From contig NW_024704742.1 in assembly GCF_018977255.1 (NCBI RefSeq), forward strand, positions 41,170,001 to 41,230,000: a stretch of DNA of 60,000 bases. Direction: 5' to 3'. Both the position numbers and the translations under genes were made by a program. Below are positions 39,712 through 52,950 of this stretch, piece after piece. Below the pieces are notes generated by a model. The model ran no database searches. It saw only the letters and a program-made list of their open reading frames with translations, and had not been told where the DNA came from. Position 1 is the stretch's first letter. The number at the start of each line of letters is the position of its first letter. Source of the stretch: Callorhinchus milii (Eukaryota).

Positions 39712-41574
39712 ACTTGCCTTGGAGGGGGTGCAGCGTAGATTTACTAGGTTAGTACCAGGGATGAAGGGGTTGAGTTACGAAGATAGGCTGATCAATTTGG
39801 GCCTATATTCGCTGGAATATAAAAGAATTAGAGGGGATCTTATAGAAACCTATAAGATCATCAAAGGGCATGATAGAGTAGATAGTGGGAGGTTGTTTCC
39901 CCTGGTTGGAGAAACTAAAACCAGGGGTCACAACCTTAAAATCAGAGGCCAGCCCTTTCGCACTGAGTTGAGGAAGAACTTCTTCACTCAAAGGGTGGTT
40001 AATGTATGGAACTCACTACCCCAAAGGGCTGTTGACTCTCAGTCCTTGAACATATTCAAGACTGAGATAGATAGATTTCTTATTGCAAAAGGGATTAAGG
40101 GATATGGGGATAAGGCAGGATCAGGTTATTAGCTGGAGTTAGATTAGAAGATCAGCCAAGATTGAATGGCGGGGCAGGCTCGAAGGGCGAATGGCCTACT
40201 CCTGCTCCTACATGTTATGTTATGTTACTGCATAAATATGGTTCAATTTACTTTGCTAGAATGTATATGACTATATTATATTGGTGAATACAACAGCAAA
40301 CACAGAATACCAATTCATTCAAGTCACTGAGATGCCACATACTGCAATAAAATACAAGTGTGCTTTTTAAGTATAGCAAACGCACACTAAGATTTTAGGT
40401 GTTTTTACATATGCAGTGGGAATTCTGGATGTTTTTATGAAAGCAGACAAGTATTTATTTATTTGCTCATTTTGCTTTTGTTAACTAGAAACAGTGACTA
40501 AAACAGACAGAACTCCTTGTATCTGCACGCTCCACTGCCCTAATGCTGGTCTAGGAATTATTTGGGACATTAACATCTTGTACATAATTAAAGCAGGTTC
40601 ATATATGTTAAATGTAATTGGAGGTTCATAATCAGGACAAGAAGACAGTCTATTTCACATCATGAACACTTGAGTGGTTTGCACCATAATATAAGACTGG
40701 CTCTCACGGATATGCATATGTCACATAATTGCTGTGCCACTTTTCTGTATTTCCAACTAATTAAGCAGGCAGCCCACCAGATCCCAGTGAAACACACTCT
40801 TATATGAGGCGCTGCAAGCAGCACATGTTCACTTGCATTCCACTTTTTATAATAATAATCCTTACATTTGATGTCCCATCTTTCACATTGAGAGGATATA
40901 CTGTGGATATACTGTAAAGTGTAAGACTGTGTTTCGTAGACAAATGTTGTAATTTTCTGCACTCCCCTCCATGGAGCACCTTGAGGTTGGAATCCAATCC
41001 TACTATTCCAGGACACAGCACATCAGCAGCCAATTTCTCTTCAAACACACAGTAATATTTTCAGGATGCGACAATGCTTGAAGCAGTAATTTATGAGCGT
41101 TTTCTGCCGAGTAAAATTGCTCGGCATCGAATATACGCAATTGGCAATCTAGGCAGAGTTCAAGTCTTAAAGAATTACTGCTGACTTAAGAGTATATTCT
41201 TTTCAGCAGATGGAGTTTGTCAGATTAAATTTGGATCGAACAGGACATTTTAGTGTCACTATTAGCTACTGCAGCTAGTAAAATATTCTTAGAGCCTTTT
41301 CAGAAAGTTTGAATTATTGCTCAGCAAAGGGATTCATGAAAATTATTTATTGGAACTGTTATGAGCCATCATTCACCCCACGCCCTGAGAGGAAATGCCA
41401 CAAATCTAAAAAGTAATCTGCAATTTTTTTTGCAATGGCATTTTGTTGCAAACGCAAAATAAAACAATGTGAATGCACTATTGCTGACATGATGCATAAT
41501 TATGTAAAGCACATTAATAGTTATAATTAACTGTGATATTTTTAAGTGTTGGAAAACATACAGAATGATAATAC

Positions 41575-41835
41575 ATAAAAATTACATTTGTATAGCGTCT
41601 TTCATGTCGGGAGGATGTTCCAAGGCGCTGGATGGTCAGGGATTTGGATCCGAGCATGGGGTTTGGGATCATGGAGGTTGGGGGGCAGATAGGGTAGGGG
41701 GTGTAGCTGAAGGCACAGTCGAAGAGGAAGTCTTGGTGCCTTGAAGGAGGCAAAGGAGGTAGCAAGGTGATGTGAATGTGGGATGGAGTTCCAAAGGGTG
41801 GGGATAGAGAGGCTGAAGGTTCAACCACTGTTAGT
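41575..41835 (-). mobile_element. L2 3' fragment
   Basis: L2 tail and 3' end similarity. Confidence 0.75.
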
Positions 41836-42072
41836 GGAGCACTTGATACAGCCCTCATCATATCATTGAGACGTCTCAGAGCGCTTCCCAGAATATTCTA
41901 TAAAGTGAATTGATTATGTTTTGTGGGCAAAACGCAGCAGCTAATTGTGCATAGCAGTGTCCCACAAGCAGTCATGGATTGAATTATTTTTCTTTTTTTT
42001 TTTGATTTACAGGAACTTCAAGACTAGCATCAAACACCACTAAAATATGTCATTTTATGAACAACGCATTAC

Positions 42073-42508
42073 AATACAACACTAATTTAGTGGAGTCAAT
42101 GCAGTTTTTTTATGCTCATCAATGTGTGGGATGTCAGTGCTGGAAAATGGAACATTTTTCCACTCTTGGCCCCCATTATTGACACCCAGATCACATAAAG
42201 GGTAGGTTAACCGTAGAGTAACCCTTCCTCCACTCTCCCAATAATAAGCATCAAAGATGAGAATTTCCACAGCACAAGTCAATTGATTTTCTACTTCCTA
42301 CCCAAGCTATCTTAAAGACTAAGCAAAACATATGTTATTGTTTTTTATGGTGAGCTACAATTGTTATTTAAGACACTGTAACACTGGAGCAAGGATCCAA
42401 CCCCAGGTTCCATTGTGAAGACCATATGTTCCATTTTCCAGCACTGACATCCCACACATTGATGAGCATAAAAAAACTGCATTGACTCCACTAAATTTGT
42501 GTTGTATT
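42073..42508. repeat. 83-bp inverted repeat (arms 42073-42155 and 42426-42508, one mismatch, 270-bp spacer)
   Basis: Direct comparison of the two arms. Confidence 0.95.
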
Positions 42509-43819
42509 CAAATCATCCTCTTCAATACTGCAGACAAATAGAAGATAGAAGAAAATTAAATAAATAGCAAACCTAAGTGAATTATTATAATTGTATTATT
42601 GTCATTATTTTTATAATAATTTCTTCTATATGAATTAGCTACCACATTCATCTGCAAAACACACCCAGTCACACCACTTTACAGTATATCCTGTGAATAT
42701 ACAGGATTATAATATATAATAGTATTCAAGGGCACTGCTGATGACAGCACAACCAGCCTGGCTCACTGGCTGGACCTGTCACTGGGGGCAGGGAGTCAAC
42801 TCACTGGGCTACTGTTAACCCTACGAGCTTCCCGATGGACAACGCATCTCAGTATGAAATGCATGAGAGCATTGCCACCATCTTCCTGTCTGTAACTCAG
42901 GCACACGTCCCTTTCCATTGAGCGATGGTTCCACCAATTAGAGGTGCGGAGTTTAAGCAACAGATCTTTAGGCGGGACTTGAATGTGGGGAGGGAGAGGC
43001 ACGGCGGAGAGATCGAGGGAATAAAATATTACAGTTATACAACGCCTTCCAAATTGGGAGGACGTCCCAAGGCGCCGAAGATGATAAGGAAATGATGCAA
43101 ATTCACAATCTATTGCTAGGCCAAGCTCAGTTAGTAGCATTCCACTTCCGAGTCAGAAGGTTATAAGTTCAAACCCCACATCAGACTTTGAACTCATAGG
43201 AGGGCATTCGAATGCAATGCTGCGGGTATGCTGTATTGTGAAAGGTATTATCCTTCAGATGAGATATTAAACCAAAGTCCTGTTCAGTTGGTCTTTATCA
43301 AAATAAAATTGACCCCATGTAGAAGTTCTTTAAACCATCTTGTCCTGTTCCGGAAATCGTCAAGGCGTTGATTATTCTTGTGATGCACTGAAGGAGATGT
43401 AGATCGCCAGCATGGCTTGAGAAGGTAACAGAGCATGCTTAGTTTCCAGTTGTTTGCTCATTACTGGTTGGGTTTAATAACTGTGCTTCGGCCTTGAGTA
43501 GTTCCTCCCTATTGTGTAGTTGTAGGTGACAGGCGTTTGTTGATGGCACTAACTAGGCGGCCTATCACACATCAAACTGTGATTGGCTATGTCACGTTCC
43601 ACTTGCTAGAAATTGCTAGGGAAGATTTACGCCATGGTTATTCATTTTAGGACTCGATACAATTTGGCTGAAATTCTAGTCGATGTTACCTGCAGAGACT
43701 TTGGCAATATGTATCTTCACCAAAGGTGCTCTGCGTAACATTGACTGGAAATTCAACCCAAATATCTTCCCACAATATTTATAAATCATGTTTTGTAAAA
43801 TCGCAATGAGAGAAAGAAA

Positions 43820-44182
43820 ATAATAACTCTTGCATTTGATATAGCATCTTATCACGTCTTCGAGACATCTCAAAGTGCTTCCCAGAATATACTGTAAAGT
43901 GAATTGACTGTACGTTTTGAAGGCGAAATGCAGCAGCCAATTGCACACAGCAGTGTCCTACAAACAGTTGTGGATTAAAGTGACCGATTTTTTTTTGGAA
44001 GGAATTATTGCCCCCAGAAAAGTGACCTGTCAATCGATTAACAACCAAGTTCCTACTTATTGCTAGGTAAACAGAGGCGTGTGGAGTAAGGAAACTTGCC
44101 TTACATTTCACCCTGCTGGGAATCAAACCAAGGTCTCTTGCTTACAAGGCGAGTGTTCTAACCACTGCGCAGGACTCCACTG
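43820..44182 (-). mobile_element. tRNA-derived SINE, long older variant retaining the internal tctgtttacctagca segment
   Basis: Head cagtggagtcct...ggtttgattccc, internal segment and older tail. Confidence 0.85.
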
Positions 44183-45087
44183 CTGGTAAAATCAGATATT
44201 ACCAGCAATTCAGAATCAATGATCTCAACATATACAACTGGTGGAATGTCCTCTTGCTCGCTACATTCTTACCTTAGAATTAAAGATATTAGATCATTAT
44301 TTACTGCATTAAATTGCCTTCACTTTTCCAGCAGGTTTCTATGCTTGTCTTTTTCTAGTTCATCTTATTGTTAATGCTCTTCCTTACGTTTCTTCATACA
44401 CTTTGGAAAACAGCTGCCTAAAACTTTACAAGAGGATCAGGTTTTCAATGCTTTTATGAGAGTATTGTACAATGAAGCGTTTTTACTGAATCTGTCGGGA
44501 ACTTCAATGACATCGGCATAAAACTGAGTGAACCAATCTTGCTAAACGCTGACTGATCACCACCTCGGGACGTCCTCCCGACGAGAAAGGTTCTATACAA
44601 ATACAACAAGATTCCACTTATAGAGCGCCTTTCACGTCAGGAGGACGTCCCAAGTTGGGTCAGGATATATAAATATAATGTGTTGTTGTTGTTGTTGTTA
44701 ATAGCCAGACATTTCAAAAGGAACTAGACCAAATGCTATCAAACAAAACCATTGAGGGTGAGATTCAGACACGGTTGTACTGAAGGAACTCTTGGGGGAA
44801 GATTAGAAGGCCAGGCTAGAAGGAATGATGCTACTCTTGCCTGAAGTTACTACTATGAGGTGACAGTTACAATCTTTTTTTCATTAATTTGTTATATGAA
44901 ATTCAAGTAGGGTCTAGACTTATTCTATTATAATAATCCCTGAATTTAATATAGTGCCTTATCATGTTGTTGAGCCGTCTCAAAGGACTTCACAGAATAA
45001 TATAAAGTGTATATTTTGTGGATGAAATGCAGCAGCCAATTGCACACAGCAGTGTCACACAAACAGTCGTGGATTGAGTGACCAAAT

Positions 45088-45287
45088 TATTAGCATTTTA
45101 AGGCAGCCAGAATTTGGTAAATTGTTGAATTCAGTCTTTGAATAAGACTTTTCTGTCCTCTTAGAGGAACTTATAGACAAAATGGACTTCAGAATTAAAG
45201 CTGTATTTAAGAATTTGTCAAATTCTGAATGCTCTAAAACACTACATAAATAGAGTCAATTCTAGGTTCAGGTGGAATTTCTACCCA
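45088..45287. mobile_element. AT-rich palindromic MITE-like element; related copies at ~7740-7865, 11070-11150/12255-12330, 13590-13980, 17925-18000
   Basis: Internal inverted repeats (cagaatttggtaaatt...aatttgtcaaattctg) and shared terminus gaaattccacctg. Confidence 0.55.
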
Positions 45288-45974
45288 TTGATGTGCTGAT
45301 TGAATCTGTCAAAAAAAATTATGACTTCTAGTCAATAACTGAAGAGAAGGTGTCACTGATAAGAAATTGCAATCTTTGTTAACAGATTCAATTTGTTAAT
45401 CAACACTCATCGGAACATCAGAAATTTCACTCCCAGATTACTAATCTTTTTCACAGATGAACTCAAAGGACCGTAAATGTAACTTTCTGTTATTAATTTC
45501 CTTCCCTTTGCTTCACACATTTCTGAAATGTCTGAAATGAGCCAATAAGGTTACGTTTTGGTAGGTTTTTTTTTTACTTGGTATGATTTTTTTCCACAAT
45601 TTTCTCAATTATAGAAATAAGACTGGAGTTAATGGATCATAGCACCCCCTTCCCACATATTCAGTTAATTGCTTTGGTACAAGGACTGCAGAAACCACGA
45701 GGCAATAGATATGAATTGTCTGAATGGTCCAGAGGAGGTGTCACTGCAGAAGTTAAAAAAAACCTGGCTTGTCAAGTTTACTGTAAGATACAACAACCTT
45801 ATTACACGCACATACTTCTGTTCACCTAGCAGTAAGTAGGAACCCAGTTGTTCGGTGATTGGTGGATTGCTTTCCGGGTTAATAATCCCTTCAAAAAATA
45901 ATAATATGGTCACTCAATCCACGACTGTTTGTGAGCCACTGCTGTGTGCAATTGGCTGCCACGTTTTGCCCACA

Positions 45975-46280
45975 AAATAATAATAATAATAATAATCCTT
46001 GCATTTGATATAGCGCATTTCACGTCGGGAGGACGTCCCAAAGCGCTTCACAGAATATACTGTAAAGTGAATTGACTGTATATTTGTGGGCGAACGCGGC
46101 AGCCAATTGCGCACAGCAATGTCCCACAAACAGTCGTGGATTGAAAATGACCAATTTATTATTGTTTTTGGTTTTGGAGGGATTATTATTAGGCTCTGGG
46201 TGGAGTAAGGAAACTTGCCCAAGGTTTCGCCCTGCCTGGAATTGAACTCAGGTCTCTCGCTTGCAAAGCGAGTGCTCTAA
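45975..46280 (-). mobile_element. Full-length young tRNA-derived SINE (same subfamily as 39382-39711)
   Basis: Reverse-complement near-identity to the 39382 copy, with a (TAA)n run at the left end. Confidence 0.9.
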
Positions 46281-46344
46281 CCAGTGAGCTACCGGACTCG
46301 TCACTACACTTTACAGTATAGTCTGTGAAGCACTTTGAGACGTC

Positions 46345-46720
46345 ACTCAGAGGATACAGTTCAAGAACCTTCAAAGCCCTCCACCGCCTTGATCCTCCCT
46401 ACCTCTATGAACTCCTAACTCCCTACCAACCTGTCTACTCCCTCTGCTCGCGGGCGGGTGGACGGGCCTTCAGCCTCTCCGCCTCCACCCTCTGGAACTC
46501 CATCTCACAGTCCCTTTGCCTCGCCCCTTCCCTTGCCTCCTTCAAGACCCGTCTGAAGACCCTCCTCTTCAACGTGCCTTCAGTCACCCTCCTACAACTA
46601 CCCTCCCCACCTTCCACCCCTCTTGATCCCAACCAGCAGTTCGGGAGCAGATTCCTGACAGTCCAGTGCCTTGGGACATCCTCCTTATGTGAAAAGTGCT
46701 ATACAATGTAATTTGTTGTT
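46345..46720 (+). mobile_element. L2 3' fragment inserted into a SINE tail
   Basis: FKALHRLDPPYL...FKTRLKTLLF; tail present. Confidence 0.8.
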
Positions 46721-47019
46721 TTCTTGAAGACGTGATAAGGCGTTGTAACAAAAGCAAGGATTATTATTATTATCTACATCTTTCAGTAACACCAATACAC
46801 AGTCGTATTTGATTAATAGTCTGAATCAAAAATAAATGATTCTGCAGATAAAGTGGGGGGGGGGGGAAGAGATAGAAAGAGATTTAACATTGGATAATGG
46901 ATGATGTGTGATCTCATTCAGTTTGGCTGGAAATGTGTGAAGCGAAGGAAGGAAATTAATAACAGAAATCGGTAAGAGCAGCAGAACAAGAAGAGTTTCA
47001 TAGAGAATGATTTGAAGAA

Positions 47020-47480
47020 AGAACAAGCGGGGGCCCCTTAAAGGTAAAGATGGTGGGAGAGAATTTCACTGCAGAAAATGCTGACATGCCTTTGCTGGTA
47101 ATTGTATCAATATAAGATTTAAATGCAAATTCATGGTTGAAATGGGACTTTGTAAAGTAAGGATCGTCGAAACCTGGAGCATTTGGAGTGTTCACAAGAC
47201 AAAGGGAAATGGTGAATTTATTCAAGAAAGCAGGTATTTAAGAAAATTAGATACAGGAAAGGAGGAGCTGTGCTGAAATGTTTGGAGACTCATTAAATAT
47301 AGGTCGGGGGGATCAGACAATTGGAAAGGAGCTGAAATTGCTTCAATTTAAAAACAAGTCCTAAATGAGATTCTAGAAATTACAGCCTGCCAGTTTGACA
47401 TCCATAGTGAGAGAAGCATTGGAGTCATTTATAAAAGAGGTAACTGAAGTATATTGAACAGGAGGAAAGTTAGGAAAGTA
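47020..47480 (+). mobile_element. Old CR1 ORF2 fragment
   Basis: aattacagcctgccagtttgacatccatagtg resembles the NYRPVSLTSIV coding region. Confidence 0.6.
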
Positions 47481-49399
47481 GAGAACCAAGGATTACGCAA
47501 TGATATTCAGCTCAGGATTAAAAGTGCTTAAAAAGAATTGATTGTATTTTCATACAAATGTAAGTAATAATAATAATCCTATTTAATGTAGCACCTTATT
47601 ACATAATTGAAACTTCTCAAAGCACTTCACAGGATTTACTGTAAGGTGTAGTGACTGTGTGTCTGTAGGCAGAGAATTAGGGGGAGTCCTTTGAAGTCCC
47701 CTTAATTTTTCTTCCCTTTTCATTTGCCTTTGTCAGCAATGAATAGCAAAAATGGTATTATTAAAAAGAAAAATGTGTGATATTCAATTGATTTGTTTCT
47801 AGTTTTAATGCCAGTTCTACATTGCTTACTTCACACTGTTTGAAATGCAGAGTACAAATATACTTATTTCCCCAAAACACACAGCTTCTCAATGCAGTTC
47901 TCAAAAGGAAGAAAGAGCCACCTGTTCAGCATATGGTACTGTATCTTGCTATAACAAACATAACACTGCATACACATTGTAAAGTCTTCATAAGCAGACA
48001 GGGTTACTGTGTTTGAGTGGACAACCACAAATAAAACCATACCTGCAACACTGAGCAGTAAAATTTGCCTACAGAAATCTGGCATAATACCAGTAACAGA
48101 ATGAAGCAAAACTCATCTGTAAAATGAAGCTATAAAAGTACAGATTTACGTTAAGGTTGTTAATGTTTCAGTCTTAGGTTTTAAAGATACTAAAGTCAAA
48201 CAGTACAACATTTGGTCTGTTCCACAGAACACACAGAGTTATGGAGCAGTCTGGGCATGAAACAGCGCAGTACAAACAGAGATTGTCAGCCAGCTGATTG
48301 ACCTGAAAACCAAAATCATGTCATTTGATACTGTTTGAGAAACTGACAGGTTTTGTAATTCTACAATAACAATATCAAGAGAATATGTTTCCGCTGTGCT
48401 TAAAGCAACACCAGGCTACACCTCATCTGAAAGAGAAAAATCGTTCAATAATTCAATGTGACCCTCCATCAGAAGTGACCAATGAAACCCCTAACCATCA
48501 TTCCACTGTCTCCAAATCAGCAGGAGAAACTAATACAGTATCAAACCACATATTTAATAATAATAATAATACTTGCATTTGATATAGAGCCTTATCACGA
48601 CATTAAGGAGTCTCAAAGCGCTTGACAGAATATATTGTAAAGTGGATTGACTGCATATTTTGTGGGCGAAACATGACAGCCAAACAGTCATGGATTTAGT
48701 GACACTTTTTTTTGAGGGATTACCACCACTGGAAAGTGATCCGCCAATCGACTAGCAACCGGGTTCCGACTTACTGAATTACCAATTCAACAGCACAATG
48801 CACAACACCACAGCAAGTCTACTGCTCACTCACATACATGGCAAAGAGAAGCACAGGTCCACTTCAATTTATTTATTTCAGTAAATTGTTGGTAACAGAG
48901 TCACACGACCACAGTATTAACATCTACTAACAGCTTCAAATTAAGGCAAGCAGCGATTTGTCAAAACTGCCTCAGCGATGCCACCTGATAATTGACAAAG
49001 CTGTTTGCTGCCACTATTCAAAAGCAATAATCATTAACCTTTGTTATAACAATTACAATGTTGGTTTGTGTGCTTTTTTCACTCCTTACTGAATTTTTTT
49101 TCTGAAGGGATTATCAGAATAAATACCTTCCCATAATCGTTAGCCTCCAACTGAACCTGGCCTTAGTGCCCTGGATCAAAGGGAAATATTAACCAGGGTT
49201 CCTAATAAAGTAAATCTCTGCCCTGTGACCTTTGCTGGAAACAACAGATAATCATGGGTAAATCATAATAATGAATACATCTTTGAATTTGATATAGTGC
49301 CTTATCACATCATTGAATATACAGTAAAGTGAATTGGCAGTATATTTTGTGGGCAAAACACAGCAGCCAAATGCACACAGCAATGTCCCACTACTACTA

Positions 49400-49735
49400 C
49401 TAATAATCCTTACATATGATATAGTGCCTTATCACATCTTTGAGACATCTCAAAACGCTTCACAGAATATTCTGTAAAGTGAATAGAATGTGTATTTTGT
49501 GGGCAGAACGCATTTATTATTATAAGTAATCATGAATTGAGCGATCAAATTATTATTATTTTTTTGCAAGGCATTATTGCCCCCAGAAAGCGATCCGTTA
49601 AATCATCTAACAACAGGTTCCTAGTTACAGAGAAGTGTGGAGTAAGGGAATTGGCTAAGGTTTCGCCCCGCCTGGGAATCAAACCTGGGTCCTCTTTCTT
49701 GCGAGACGAGTGTTCTAACCAATATGCTAAAGGAC
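49400..49735 (-). mobile_element. tRNA-derived SINE, degraded long variant
   Basis: Similarity to the other copies. Confidence 0.7.
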
Positions 49736-50411
49736 TAAGGCAAGTTAAGGCAAGGCAAGTTAAGTTAAATGGTAAATGGGACAGGTTCAGGCTTGATATT
49801 TGGCCTCCTGCTGTTTGATAATATTCTGATAGTCCCTATTTAGGGAACTAGATAGAGTAAAAATAAATAAAATAAGAGTAATTTGCAAGGGTATGAGCAA
49901 AAGGCTCGCTTTCAAAGAGCCCAATGGACCCAATGGGCTGAATAACCTTCTTCTGTGCTGTAATTTTCTATGGTTTTCTGTGTAGGCTCATACAGCAAAG
50001 ATGCCACTTGTACATGGTACGAGATGGTTACTTGTGACTGCATCCCACTGAAGAGTAGAGGAGGAAATTGGCCAAAAAAAAGAACTCAGCTGTTAGAAAT
50101 GTTACATTTCAGAGACAATGTGTCACAAGAAAGTGAGGTTGATAAACATTCCAGATGTCTTCCCCATCATATGTTAGGTAAAATGTATCATGCTTCAAAA
50201 GAAAACAGACAAAATATTATACAAATCAAAGATGTATCATTACCAAACTCCTAAAAACAAACTTACAAATCAGGAAACCACCAAAGCGCAATAGCAAGTC
50301 TCAATTTCAGTACAATTTCAATACGAAACAAAGCAACTGACTTCGCAAATTAAAGATTAGACAGGATCATGATGGGCATAATGGAAATTGTTTTATTTCC
50401 ATAAACCTTCC

Positions 50412-50618
50412 ATAATAATCCCTCCAAAACCAAAAACAATAATAAATTGGTCATTTTCAATCTACGACTGTTTGTGGGACATTGCTGTGCGCAATTGGCT
50501 GCCGCGTTCGCCCACAAATATACAGTCAATTCACTTTACAGTGTGTTCTGTGAAGCTCTTTGGGACGTCCTCCCGACGTGAAAAGCGCTATATCAAATGC
50601 AAGGATTATTATTATTAT
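50412..50618 (+). mobile_element. 5'-truncated young SINE
   Basis: Near-identical to 39495-39711. Confidence 0.85.
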
Positions 50619-52544
50619 AAATGTAATCACTCATTTACAAGAAATGGCTCACACTTTGGAGCTGAGTGAGAAGAATCCTGTCCCTTGTCCCTCTTCCACT
50701 CCCCCAAGTTCAAGTGGTGAGCTCAGCAGCAGTGCCCTGGAGTACTTCAGATCTGCCTGACTCAGGTATTTGATAACTGAATACACCACAGAGATTTGAC
50801 TCAACTTTCCTCCCTTTATCAGGTATCTCACCAAAGAGTCAACTCAACACTTCCATCTCCCCTCCAAGTACAGTGCACTAACTTATCCCAATGTGGAATA
50901 GTGGGATAGAATGCCTGACAGACAAAGTAAATGAGGACTTGTTGAAGGCCATCAACACTCTGCAGAGCTTATGTGCCTTAGACAACAAAAATGAAATGTA
51001 CCCTAGGATTTCCCCCATGATTGCAAATGTAGATGAAGTGGGAGAGCAAAACATAAGACACCTTTAAATTCACAGAAAGTTTGAAGGGTCCAGGTCTGAG
51101 ACTCAGTCTCATTTGGTATAGTGAATTATAATATTGGAAAGATGTCTCAAAGCGCTTCACAGGAATTACTGTGAAATGGAATAACTATATGCCAGCACAA
51201 TTGCACCCAGAAATGTCCCACAAACAGCCATGGAGTGAGTGATCAATTCTATTTAGGGGATTGTTGTTCAGGACACCGGGAGAAATTCTCTTCTCTTTTC
51301 AAATAGTGCCATGACATCTTTTAACATCCACCTGAACAGGCAGATGGGACCTCGGTTTAACGTTTCATCCGAAGGACAGGTACAGAATATTATAGGCTTT
51401 AAGGTTGGTTAGAAACATATTAAAGAATTGATAATTCTTATATTTGATACAAAGTCATATCATATCATTGAGATATCTCAAAACACAGCATGGAATTTAC
51501 TGTGAAGTACACCAACTGTGTATTTGTATGTGAAAGTCAATTTGTTCACAGCAATGTCCTACAAACAACCACAAAGTGAATAACCAATTTTATCTGGGGA
51601 TTGTTGACCAGGACAATGTACATATAATCGTTTATACACTTATGTATTTGTAACCAGTACTAAATACTGGAAACCCCTCCTAGTTCACAGGAAACATTGT
51701 TTAGTCAGCCTTGTTAACTAAGAGGCAGCAGCATCTACTAAGCTGATAATGCTCTAAGAAAGTCAATCTCATTCCCATCTTCCTATATATGCTTAAGTGA
51801 GCGCTCAGTGATGTATAAAAACACATGAAAAAAAAATCCAAATCATTTGGGTTATGTTTTCACACACATGTGTCAGCTGCTCAGTTCACGCCAAAGCGAA
51901 GCCAAAGGCATATTGCAATTCCTAACATTCTTCTATGATGATAATATTCCATGCATTTGTTATAGCACCTTATCATAATATCAAACATCTCCAAGTGCTT
52001 CACGGAATTTTGTTGTGAACTGTAGTAGCTTTATTTTGCAGGCACACATAGCAGCCACTTTGCATGAAGCAATGTCCCACGAACACCCATGAAATGCATG
52101 ACCAATTTTATCTGCAGGGTTGTTAGCAAGGACAAGGAGTAATTCCATTCACGTTTTGAATAGCACCATGGGATCATTAATGTCCTCTTGAACAGGTAGA
52201 TGAGACCTTGCTTTATCATCTCATCTGTAGGATGGCACTCCAACAACGCAACTCTCCTCTAGCACATTGGAGCATCAGCTGAGGCAATAAACCCAAATAA
52301 ACATTAATAATCCTTGAATTTGAGACAACGTCTTTCACATTAAGAGGGCATCTTAAAGCGTTTTACCCGATTTACTTTAAAGTGTGGTGACTGTATATTT
52401 TGTAGATAAACTGGAAATAGGCACCACAGCAGGCTGTTCATCTACAAATACATAGTCACTATACTTTACAGTAAATAAAGTGAAGTGATTTGAGACATTT
52501 CGACAATGTGATAAGGTGCTATATCAAATAGGTTTATCATTAGA

Positions 52545-52950
52545 TTGTTGAATGATCTGCGATTTTAATAGATCATGGCAGATCTTTTAATCCCATGTTC
52601 CTATCTTGTCTACATATTTTTTAATAACCTTACTTTGTGAGTATATACTTATCTCTCTCCCACCATCCCCCCACTTTAAGAACGCCCTAATCAATTCTGC
52701 ACCACAGCCTTCTGGGGCTTTGGATTCCCAATCCTTTGTGTGAAGAAATATTTTCTGATCCCATTTCTAAACAGTTTAGCTCTAATTTTGAAATCATGTT
52801 CCTTGTTTTGGATCGTTCCAACAGAGGGAAAAGAGGTCCCCTATCTCACTTTTCAAATCCCTTCATTATTTTAGACACCACAACCAGATCACCCCTTAAC
52901 CTCCTGAGCTCTGGGGAATATAACCTAAATTCTGTTCTTATACAATGAAC
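52545..52950 (-). mobile_element. Old CR1 3' fragment
   Basis: Similar to 22990-23390. Confidence 0.65.

Larger units (their letters stand above)
34400..40226 (+). mobile_element. CR1 LINE, nearly complete decayed ORF2 (APE endonuclease + RT), interrupted by L2 and SINE insertions
   Basis: [74 protein letters not shown] motifs with frameshifts and stops; CR1 3' UTR ending gaatggcctactcctgctcct...(tgtta)n. Confidence 0.93.
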
